From contig OX597814.1 in assembly GCA_951406725.2 (NCBI GenBank), positions 137,268,001-137,332,000 on the forward strand: a stretch of DNA of 64,000 bases, read 5' to 3'. Both the position numbers and the translations under genes were made by a program. Source of the DNA: Octopus vulgaris (lineage: Eukaryota). This document shows, in pieces, positions 1-12,000 of the stretch (position 1 is the stretch's first letter; each line of letters opens with the position of its first letter). The notes under the pieces are model-generated. The model was not told where the DNA came from and searched no databases. It worked only from the letters and a program-made list of their open reading frames with translations.

Positions 1-52
1 ACCAAGTCAACCAGATGATTCTCCCACAATCCATTTTGTACCCTTACAAACG
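1..52 (+). CDS. CENPT: CENP-T exon (partial), PSQPDDSPTIHFVPLQT
   Basis: Open frame ending at GTAAGT donor (53), phase 0, matching the next exon. Confidence 0.6.
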
Positions 53-3000
53 GTAAGTTTTTCTTTGCAACTAATTTTAATAATACATTGAGAGGCTGGT
101 GAGGGGGAGAAGGTACAGTGTTTATTGCCATTTAGGTCTTCTTAGACTAGGGTAATAAGAAACTCCATTAGCATAACTAATTTCACTTCAGATCAGCACC
201 AACAAACTTATCTTCCATCTATCTAGCCATATGATGCATACTAATATGCAGCTTGTAACATATTTTGCAACAAGAACCAAACTGTACTGTCTTCCTATCT
301 TTATTACTTTCAGAATATGCCTCACTCAAATTAATCTCACTTCAAATGATGACTCACATTACATAAAAACAAAGGCACATTATTACAGTCAATTAAAAAT
401 TACACCATCATTCAACACTATTTTGCAAGTTTGTTTCTTTACTTTTTAGCATTGATGTTACTTTGTCAAATGTAAAGCTTGTTTATGCACATTGTTTTGA
501 ATTAATTATGCATTATCTTGTCACTTCGAGATTTTGATGATATGGTTGTTTATTTTTAAAATGACATTGTAGGGTAGATGTGAGAGACTGGATATAGCCA
601 GTTTGAGCATAAAATGGGTAGAATATTTTGGCTGGATATGCTGGATTAAATGCTAAAGGGTTAAAGAAATTAGTACATTTATCACGCAATGCATTTCAAA
701 TGAATATTTTTATAAATTCAAGGTTATGCTATTGTTCTATACATTTATTATTATTCTAAGTGCAGGTTAACATGATTAATGGAGTAATCAAAAATGCATT
801 TTTAATCAATTGAAATCATACTGTAATGAGAAGAAGCAAGGGAAAGAAATGTGAAAGTCATTAGCATTAATGAAAGTTCATTTCAAAGGGGTCAAATCAT
901 GGGTATAATACCACATCATAAAAATTTGTTTCGGCTCACTATATTATGTTGGTCTGCATGTAATTCCATTACTCATGTAGAAGGCTCAAGAAATTTCTCT
1001 GTTTATATTCCAGTCTCAGAAAGGATACTCTCGACGAAGTTCTGGAATACTTGCAACAGTAAATACACCCAAAACACTTATACAGAGGTTTCTAGATGAA
1101 GGTAAGTTCCTATACATTATACTTCTACCTTTCATTCTGCATTATTGTTTTGTTTCATATTTCCTCTCTAATTAATTGTAAATATACATATATATATATA
1201 TATATATATAAAAGTGAGCAAAAGTTTATCAAATATCACAGAAGATAAATTCTTGATTTATTGACATTATCTTCCCTTCCAAAGGAGAAGGAACTAACAC
1301 CGCCTGATAATTGCAATTTACTCCAAAAATAGAAAGCAAGAAAATCAAAACCTCTTTGAAACTGACATACTGATGGTGTTTGTCGAGAGCAGAATATCCT
1401 CATTCTAGAAACTTGGTGATTGTGATTGTAACCACTTTAAATTTTATATAATTAACCTGAAGCATCCTAATAACTTTGATTGTTTCTTGTAGCTCCAACT
1501 GAAACTCCACTAATACCATCCAATATGACAGGCTGCAACTCTTCATTAGAAAGATCTTCTGTACCATTACCTGCCAAAGTAATGGATTCTTCTCACAATT
1601 ACAGGTAATAATAAAATAATTATGTGATGATATATGCATCAAGTGCATGATGTATATGTAATGCAAATGTAATATTTTTGAGTGTCTGTGTAGTTATACA
1701 TGTGTGTATCTACTTTTAAAGGTTAGCCTGATGATGGTGTATTTGTCAAGATAGTACCTATGAACTTCACAGGCTCTTCTATAGCACTGAGATTGAAGCA
1801 CTTTATATATTGGTAACTAAATCAAGGAGGTCTGCCTCAAAAAGGGCTAAATCTTTTATCCTGTGAGAGCCAGATTGCCGTGATTTAATTACCAATATTA
1901 GATTCCATAAGTACTATAGCCTCTTTCAACCCAAACTAAAATCTAACATTAGAAACTTTAGAAGCTCTAAAAAGAAGTTTGTAATTTCTTTTAAGACCAG
2001 AGGACGCACACTCTCCCACCCTGATGTAATCTCCAGGGATACAGGCATCCAGCAACAGGACCTCCGTAATGCTATGATGGACCGTGAAGTCTGGCATAAC
2101 ATAGTAAATTCCATTGTTTCGATCACGGTCGAACAATGATGATGATGATGAAGACCAGAACCTGTATGAAGTCACTAATGATCTATATGATAAGTTTCTG
2201 AATGACACCATTTCCACTAAATATAAGACAGGTGCAATGATATTAATGATGAGGCTAAATTCCTCTCTAAATGTATTAAAATTGAAGATTGATTAGAATG
2301 TTTAGCAAAAATAGAAGCTTTTATTATTCTAAAAGATCACAAACCTAATTTCTGTAATAAGCTCATTTGCAGATTGTTAAACCCAGCAAAGACTGAAATC
2401 AGGTTAATAGCCAAAAAAATACTAAGGAACATTAATATCAAAACCAGAGAGACCAATTAAGTCACATGAAGAAGAGAGGGAATGATGATTAGCCAAAGAG
2501 GGTGACACACTTAAACTGAATATATTGAATATATTACATTAATGGAACTTCAGTGAATTATTTATTTTATATTTACATGATTTTGTGTGTCTATGTACAT
2601 ATTTCTGTGTTTTTTACACACATCTACATGCATATATATAAATAATAATAGTGTACAGTGCTCAGGTGCACTACAACTCATCTAAAGTGTATATATAATC
2701 AGGTGTAGTTTCGGCGGATTTCGGAAAGCATGAGGGCCTTAAAGGATGCAGTGTCATGGCAGTCAACAACTGACGCAGGCAGTTTATTCCATGCTTCAGC
2801 AACTCTGAGCGTGAAAAATGTTTCCAAAAGTCATGGGAGCTGTGTTGTTTTCTGACTTTGTAGGCATGTCCACGTGTGTTAGACACATGGAGATCAAAAA
2901 GGTGTTCAGTGTTGTTGTTGGTGAGGTGGTTGATAACTTTGTGGGTGTTTACCAAGTCCGTCGCCAGACGCCGAAGCTTCAGTGAATCCATGCCCAGGGA

Positions 3001-6000
3001 AACAAGGCGCTCAGAATATGGTAGGTGTCTGATGGAGGGTATGCGTTTGGTTGCACGTCTCTGGACAGATTCCAGGAGGTCAATATTCTGAGCAAGATAG
3101 GGGTTCCAAACTGTATGTATGTGTAGACAGAAGTTTCATGTATCTTATGTATGTGTGTAATTTATAAATGTGAACATCATTTGTGATTTTATGATTAAGA
3201 AGTTAACTATTCTTTCATTTTATATGCAGTGTAAGTATATAGATTTGTATATGTACATGTTCATGTTGGGAGTAATCTATTGTCTGATGTTTTTTTGGTC
3301 TGTATATATGTGTGTGCATATATGTAGAGTATCTGCTGTCATGTATATATACAGGGTGCAATGGTTAAATTGTTGCCATTTTATTTTTTTAATTTTGTGC
3401 ATCTGCATTGTTTGTTTTTGATTTTGTCAACTACACAGTATAGTAGGGTCAGTTGGGCACCATCTGTTTAAAAAATTCAGTACCATGATGCAATTCACTC
3501 TGCCAGAAATTTGGAAAGGACATGCTGTACTGCTTGGCATTTGTGCCAAAAGCTCCAATACAACCATTTCAGAGTGTTTGGGTGTCAATTTGAGGACAGT
3601 GCATGTACTGAGAGTGATAAAAATCAAATATCCAGTCAACATCATGGTGTTTGGCGTGATCATTAGTGATGGTGACGTTATGCCTCCATTCATCTTCCCA
3701 TATGGCCGCAGACTCAACAGGCCTACATCGAGTGCCTGGAGGAGGTAGTGCTGCCCTGGGTTGAGAGGGTGGCTGCTGGAAGATCTTATGTCTGGCAACA
3801 GGACTCTGCAGCATGCCACACAAGCAGGAGAATCCAGTCATGGCTGACAGACAATTTTTGTGACCACATCACCCCTAACATCTGGCCACATAACTCCCCA
3901 AACTGCGACCCCCTTGATTATTATGTGTGGAGTGCAGTTGATCGAGAGGCCAACAAAACTCCTTGTAACACCAAAGATGAACTGAAGGCAAGGATTATAG
4001 CAGCATTCACCAGCTTAAAGAAGGAGACTGTCCAGGAGAGGTGCAGGAGATTCTGAAGTCGTCTGGATGCTGTGGTTGAAGCCAATGACGATTTTATTGA
4101 ATAAATTTACTCTTTAATATTTTAAGATATTTTTATGTAATTTTGGTAAATTTATCTGTTAAAATGAGATATCAGTGTTATTTTTGTTCTTGCGTAATGT
4201 AGCTAACAATATATTCACCGCACCCTGTATCATCATCATCATCATTTAGCGTCCGTTTTCCATGCTAGCATGGGTTGGACGGTTTAACTGGGGTCTGTGA
4301 AGCCGGAAGGCTTCATCAGGCCCAGTCAGATTTGGCAGTGTTTCTACGGCTGGATGTCCTTCCTAACGCCAACCACTCCGTGAGTGTAGTGGGTGCTTTT
4401 TACGTGCCACCTGCACAGGTGCCAGACATATAGTTTTGTTCTTGTTTGTACAGTGTAATCTTTTTCTCTAACTTACTTTCTTCTTTGTTGATTATTTTTA
4501 TTATCCCCTACACACCCCTACAACATGACACATTCTTTCGCCATTAAATTCCTTTCTTGCCTTATCTTCTACTTCACCTCTGCAAGTGTGCCTTATTGAT
4601 CTAGCGTGGGAACAAACTTACAGCAAACATGTTTACAGATAGCTCCTACATAAATCTGTTTCAAGTCATGCTGAGCCCGATATATTTCTGATCTACAAAC
4701 TCTTTAGGCATATCTGAAGTTTTACTTTCATACAAAAGCTATAGAAAGTTCAATACATGGCAGTGTCCTTTTTTATATGTTTCCTGACCAACAAACAGAA
4801 TTTGCTTCTACTGCTTTTCTGCCTCCATGAATACATAGTTATCTGAAAGATGAGTTAGCATTAACAGCATCAACTAATGTATGTGAGAGATGACTGTATG
4901 GCTATGAATGTATAAGAGAATGAAGAATGTGTGCAGAATAAAAGGCGGCCCATGTGTTGTTGGTGAAGGAAAGCATTGGAAGTGGAGTAATCGAAACAGT
5001 AAACTTCAAAGAAGTTGAATTGTTAAATGATGCAAAACAGATGAATTGTTCAATGATGCAGAACAAACTTTTCTGCCCATACTAACATGGAAAAATTGAG
5101 ATTGTGACATAGTTTCTTGACAAATCTAAGTATAATAGGTAAAGCATTGAATTGCCAACATATTTTTCATGAATTCAGCATTATTGCATATGGAAAATTT
5201 AATTCTGTGTACCTCAGTTTGCTATGGTGTGATGAATAGATTCCAGATTTTCAGGGAATGTCACCTATGGTAAACTGAGATCATACTCAGAATATGATAC
5301 ATTTCTCACTTTATTTCTTCTTATTGTTTATTGTTGTTTTTTGGGAGAAGGTACACAAAACGCAACTCTTAGCAATAATTCCTTTTACTGTCAGAGTTTA
5401 TATCATGTTGAACTACTGTTTTTTTTTCTTTTCTTTTTTTCACATATCAAAGTTAAGCAATATTGAACTTGTTATTATTTAGTTGAATAATTATTTAGAA
5501 AAACCCAAGTGATATTAACATCTTAATTCTAATTGAAATAAATGGTTGAGTGCATTTGGTATTGGACTACTTATCCTGAAGACTTGAGTTCATATCTACT
5601 AGAATATTTTCTTGTGTATTTAAGCACTATACTAAATATTATACACCTCAATTCACTTAGCTTGTCAGGAAAAGATACCAGGTCACCTGGGAATGTTAAA
5701 TGAAACAGACTGATGTCTTTTCCAAAGGGATATTTGTTTCTTATTGCCATATCCTTAAAACCTCATCAGGACAAGAATGCTAAAGTTTTTACTATTTGTA
5801 AATGGCTTATCCATTGATAAAGAATCTAGAGCTAACTTCTGGTTCTAAATGTGCTTGTGTTTCAAAAGATATTTATCATTAAACAATATTATTTCATATT
5901 TTCAGAAAAAATAGTTAATCTATTTTTTTTTTTTTTTATGTTTACTTTTATAACTCTTTTTCACTCCAGAGATCTTTCAGTAACTACTAGTGACTTTGAA

Positions 6001-9000
6001 GAGGAGCCTGCATTGGGGAGTGAATCAATAACTTCAGAAGAAATAGCTTCAAAAAAACTTAAAGGTTTATTTTTTTTTCATCTGTCATTTACCTTACATC
6101 AATTTTTAGTTTCAGTTTTCATTTATTTTATAACAACTGTATATTGTATGAGCATTTTTATAAACAAATTTAAAAGTGCCAAGTGAGTTGGTATTTTGCA
6201 GAAAATAAAGTAAATCTTGTACACAGTATAGCTGTGAAAAACGGCTTAGAAGATTGGGTAAATAATACCCTTAGAAGATAAAGCTACAGAGAGTCAAACC
6301 CTGTAGCTCTCAGATATTGTATGTAATTACTGTTGGATTGTCTTGATTGTGGGTGTATGGTCATGTGTAGTATTCTGGTGTCGCAATGAAGATGTCAAAT
6401 GTGATGTCATACAGAAACACTAACTATAGGTACTAACTTTGTAAAATCAAGACATCTCAGAAATGATGTCTTTTTTAATAATAATTTGAGTGATTACCTG
6501 GTACATTCCATGTCAGCATGGAACTGTCATGTTAAATGACAGTGATAAATTACTGAGAAAGGGAAGCTTAATGATATATGAATAGATTGTTAAATCTCAT
6601 TTTGTTATCTTATTATTATGAAGATCTCTTATTGCCTTCAGGTCTGTAATTGTAATTACATCTTGTTCTCTTAATTCAGAATTCTTCATTCAGGTCTTTA
6701 GTTATTGCAATTGTACATAGCATTAGTTATACAAATGTCATTTGCATCTAAACTGTAGAATGATTTTTAGGCCTGCCTATTCTTGTACCATATAATTTCT
6801 AATTAGATGTTTACTAGAATGCTTAGAGTTAAATTACTAAGTAAAAAGCTCAGTCATGTAATGGTTGTTACAGAACAGAAATTAACAATAGACGAAGAGA
6901 TTAGAGTCTTTCTCACTTATAGTTCCTTTTCTCCTTCAAAATGAATGTAATCAAGGTTAATACAATTCTTGTGATATGTGTTTCAAGATTGGCTGATAGA
7001 TGCAGTCCTGTGCACTACCACGTCTGACGGGAAGTTAAGGGTTAAAAAAAAAGGTTTTATGTTTCTAAATGCAATGAATATGTTATTACTCATTTATCTC
7101 AGTTTTGAGTGAAGCCCATACTTTTCATTTGAACTAGAGATGCTTTTAGGAGTCAACTCTGTTGCAAGTAACCAAATGTATTACATGATTGAAGGTCATT
7201 CGAGACTAATGCACCGTTCTCTTTGTCAAAAGGTACCAGTGGAAAAGACTTCTAAACAAAGGCTGAGAGCTGCTCTGTTATGTATTACATATTTCTTTTC
7301 TTGTGATTGCTGTTTTTCCTCAGCAGATATAGACTCATTTCTGTTGAAGTAAGACAACATAAGACTATGATGGCCAATCTAAGGCCACTTTCACATTGAC
7401 TAGTGCTGTAGTTAGCAACACTTTCACTTATAGGTCTTTTTGCCATCTGATGCAGCTACTTTTCTTATCTATGTTAAACTATAAACTATCATTTGTAATA
7501 ATAATTCATGAGATTAAACAGAAATGAAAAATTCACTTGTTTTAAAGGAAGGTTTGTTAAAATTTGATAAACTTAGGATTTAAAAACTTAGATTTCATAG
7601 GTAAAATAATGAGGAATAAATGAGAATGTGCTGCTGTTACAATCCATCCATCTCTGCCTCAAGTTTTGTAACACTAATAAAATGTCTTCATTGTTATCAG
7701 ATGTAGGCTTTCAGAAAAATTATTCAAAAGGGCTGAAGCGACCAAGAAGACAAATAACAGCAAAAGACATAGCAGATGGAGTGAAACAATCACAAGGTAA
7801 GTTAAGAATATTTTAAATTTCAACAAAGTAGTGTAAAGAAAAATACATCAGGGTAGCATTCTGCCCATCATCATCATCACCATTGTCATCATCATCATCT
7901 TATCATCAACTTTTCTATGCTTGCTTAATCAGACAAAGTTTGTTGAAGTGGATTTTCTAATGCTGGATGCTCTTTCTGTTACCAACCCTCCTCATCTGTT
8001 TCCAAATAAGATAATATTTCTTCATGGCCAGACATGTTTTATGGAAGATTGGAAATGATTAACATTGTTTTAATGAAGGTTACACACATTTACACATATT
8101 ACATGACATCAAAATAAGGGGGTGTGCGCACACACACATGTATATATGAAGGGCTTCTTTCAGTTTCTGTGTACCAAATTTACTCTCAAGGCTTTCGTCA
8201 ACCTGGAGCTACAGTAGAAAACACTTGCCCATGATGCTGTACAGTAGGATTTAACCTGAAAGTACATGGTTGGGAAGCAAGCTACTTAACCACACAGCCA
8301 TGCCTACTAAATACACTGTAGAGTGTCACATATGTAATACAAAGAGTTGAAAAACTTTGGTCAACTGAACTTGTCCAAGTAATTAGTGGACAAAAACTCC
8401 CTCTTGAGATGTTTATGATCTAAAACAAGAAACAAGGGAAATAATTTACCTGCAATAAGATCAGTTAAAGGAAATTTTTAGACAATAGATAATGCACATT
8501 GGAATGGATCTGGTCATGTACTGAAAGCAATGAACATGTTTAAGTCTTATGTTTTCTTAACAAAGCATATTCTACTCAGTTAGCAACACAAATAGTTCAT
8601 TCAGTCATTTTTATGTCCATTTTTCCATGTTAGTGTGGTGGCAGTATAGAGAAGGGAAATATTCAATATACACAAGAAGAGTATTTTCTTTTCTGTAATG
8701 GGAAGCATGGCACAGTGAGTAGAAGAAATGATGAGATGAGAGGGGATAGAATCAGCACAGTTTCTAGGAGAATGGATAGTGGAGAGGTGTGAGGGTATAG
8801 AATGGGCAATAGTGTGCACAAAATAGTAGGCACACATGCCCATATTAATGCAGTTTTCTGTCTTTTACACTGCACCTAATTATTCTTATACCCAGTTTGT
8901 CTCTTAGTTCATATGTGCTTTGTCATATGTGCACACTAGTATGTTACATCCAACAAAGTTACTTACCTCATTTCTTTCCAGCATTCCACACCCAAAGCCC

Positions 9001-12000
9001 ACATCTCACAGCACACTTCACACATAAGCATTATACAGTCTGCCCTTAGCCTTGAGGAATAAACCCTAGCAGAAGAAATATCTTCCTGAACTATTTTCCA
9101 GCCCATTCTTATTCTAGCTATCACCCTTTCAGAACAACTTCCCTGACAGCTAATTTGATCACCTAGGTAACGAAAGCTGTTGACACCTTTTAGGGAATTG
9201 TTTGGATATTTGGGTGAAACTGTGTCTTAAGTGCTCTTAGTACTTACTGCCCCTGCTGCATATGAAACTTACCTTCTTTGTTAACCTCTATATGTGTGTG
9301 CATGCATGCAGGTGTACTGTGTGGTAAGAAGTTTACTTCTCAACCACATGGTTTTGAATACAGTCCCAATATGTGGTACCTTGGGCAAGTGTCTTCTACT
9401 ATAGCCCCAGACTAATCAAAGCCTTGTGAGTGGATTTGGTTGATGGACACTAAAAGAAGCCCATCATGTGTGTGTGTGTGTGTGCGCATGTGTGCCTGTG
9501 CACGTGTGTGTGCACCTGTTTATGTGTGGATCACTGTTGTGCAAGAGGTGTCCTTCAATTCTATTTTTCAAAACATGTCTGGTCATGGAGCAATATTACC
9601 TTCCTTGGAAACAGGGGAAGGTTGGCAACAGGAAGGGCATCCGACTGTAGAAAATCTGTCTCAATAAATTCTATCCAACCCATGTGAGCATGGAAAAGTG
9701 GTTATTAAATGATGATGATAATATATCTATCTATCTGTAAGCATGACCTTCAGACATTGGGCCTCACCGAGGCAATGACTAGTGGCCGGGACCTCTGGAA
9801 ATACGCTGTGCTTGAGAAGACTCGGCAAGCGCAAGTGAGACCATAACCTTGTGACCTATGCCAGCGGTGTAACCAGTCCACTTATGCATGCCTTTCCTTC
9901 ATTGGACACTAAACTCTGCTTGCGAAGACCTGTTGAGGCAAGTGAAATCGAAATTAAATTCGATGACTGGCATCCGTGCTAGTGGAGCGCTAAGAGTACC
10001 ATACGAGTGAGATCGTTGCCAGAGCAACAAGGTGGCCTCTGTGCCGATGGCACATTAAAAACACCATTCAAGCATGATCGTTACCTGCATAACCTTATTA
10101 GCACTTGTACTGGTGGCACATGTAAAAACATTTGAGCGAGGTCGTTGCCAGTGCCGCTGGACTGGCTCCTGTGCAGGTGGCACATAAAAAGCACCATTTG
10201 AGCGTGGTCATTGCCAGTACCACTTAACTGGCACATAAAAGCACCCACTACACTCTCGGAGTGGTTGGCGTTAGGAAGGGCATCCAGCTGTAGAAACTGC
10301 CAGATCAGATTGGAGTCTGGTACAGCCATCTGGTTTGCGAAACATCAATCAAATCATCCACCCCATGCTAGCATGGAAAGCGGACGTTAAACGATGATGA
10401 TGATATATATATATATATATATATATGATGAGCTGGAGGAGATATCTTCCTGGGGCTACAACTACAGTAGCATCCACCCTATAGCCATATTCAAATAAAT
10501 ATATATATATATATATATTTCACTTTTCAATATCAGTGTCAAATCGACACTGGAAAAAGTATATGTATTTGTGAAGGGATCTGACTTCTCATCGACAACC
10601 ATGATTGTCACACGCTGATGAAAGGTAAACACCTTGAAACTCGGGTACGTGTGTATCGTGTTGAAGACATCCACCCTTATGGGTTAGCCATATTCAAATG
10701 GCAAATATGCAACACGAGATATATATATATATATATATGATTACACACGCACACACTTTGGGTTGCCACACTGTTTCTCTCTAACAAATTTTACTTAGAT
10801 TGGCCATTCAAAGCTGTGGTAGAAGATATTGTCAAAAGGATCCATATTTGTTTTTAACTAGATGCCATGAAGCTAAGATGATGAAATTTCTCTTCAAACC
10901 TAGACATTAATCACTTCACCTGTTTATTACTATTCTCTAGAATAAAAAGCTCTTAAAAAAGAAGGTATAGCTACACTTCACATCTGAGATGCTTGAGTTT
11001 CAACTATGTCGGCATTGTAAAATAGACACGATAATACTGTAATTGATTTGATGTTTAAAATATTTTGTATTCAATCTTATTGTCAAAGGAATATTTGTTT
11101 TTACTAGATGCTGAAGAAGATGATGAAATTTCTCTTCATAAACCAAAAATAGTTATAAAAATTAGAAAGAAAATTACTGCAGAAGATCTTGCAATGGGTA
11201 TCAAACAATCACAAGGTAATTATTGACAGAAATCTTCATTGTATTGTAGTGAGTTTTATAAGATGTATGTATTAATGGTGGAGGCTGGTGGCTTAGTGGT
11301 TAGGTGTATGGGATTCATGATTGTAAGATTGTGGTTTAAATTCTTGGACTGGGTGATGTGTTGTGTTATTAAGCAAAATGCTACATTTCATGTTTCTTCA
11401 GTTTGCTCGGCTGGTGAAAATGAGTAATCCTGTAACGGATCGGTATCTCGTTCAGGTGGAGAATATATATGCCATGGAGACTACCTTATGTGTCTACATG
11501 ACTCTTTTTATGTATTAATGAATTGTTTGGCCATTCTTAACCAGCTGGTCCCTGTTATTCAGCATAGTAGTTATTTAACCTTTAGCAAACTTCATTTTCT
11601 CTAGAATTGTTTCCCCTGCCACTGCCCTGTTACTACAGGGGAGAAAACTCATATAGTGACATGATGCTCCTACACTGTGCTAAAGGTTAAGACTTGAAAA
11701 ATAAGCAGTTTTAAAATTATTACTATTATCTAATTAATTTTATTTTATTCTTTTACTTGTTTCAGCTAGTGGACTGCAGTCATGTTAGGTTACTACTTTG
11801 AAAGGTTTTAATTGATCGAATCATCCCTAGTATTCTATCAGTCTCTTTTTGCTGGACTGCTAATACACAGGGAATAAATAAACCAATAACAGTAGTTAAA
11901 TGGTGAGATACACACACACACACAAATGTTAAAGACGGGCTTCTATACAGTTTCCATCTATCAAATTCAATTGCCAGGCACTGGGCAACTCATGACTATA

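Noticed and set aside
1286-1380. Possible hammerhead (AACACCGC-CTGATAA-TTGC...GCAA-GAAA)
   Set aside because: Core has an uncompensated G8A change and no convincing stem III or cleavage triplet.
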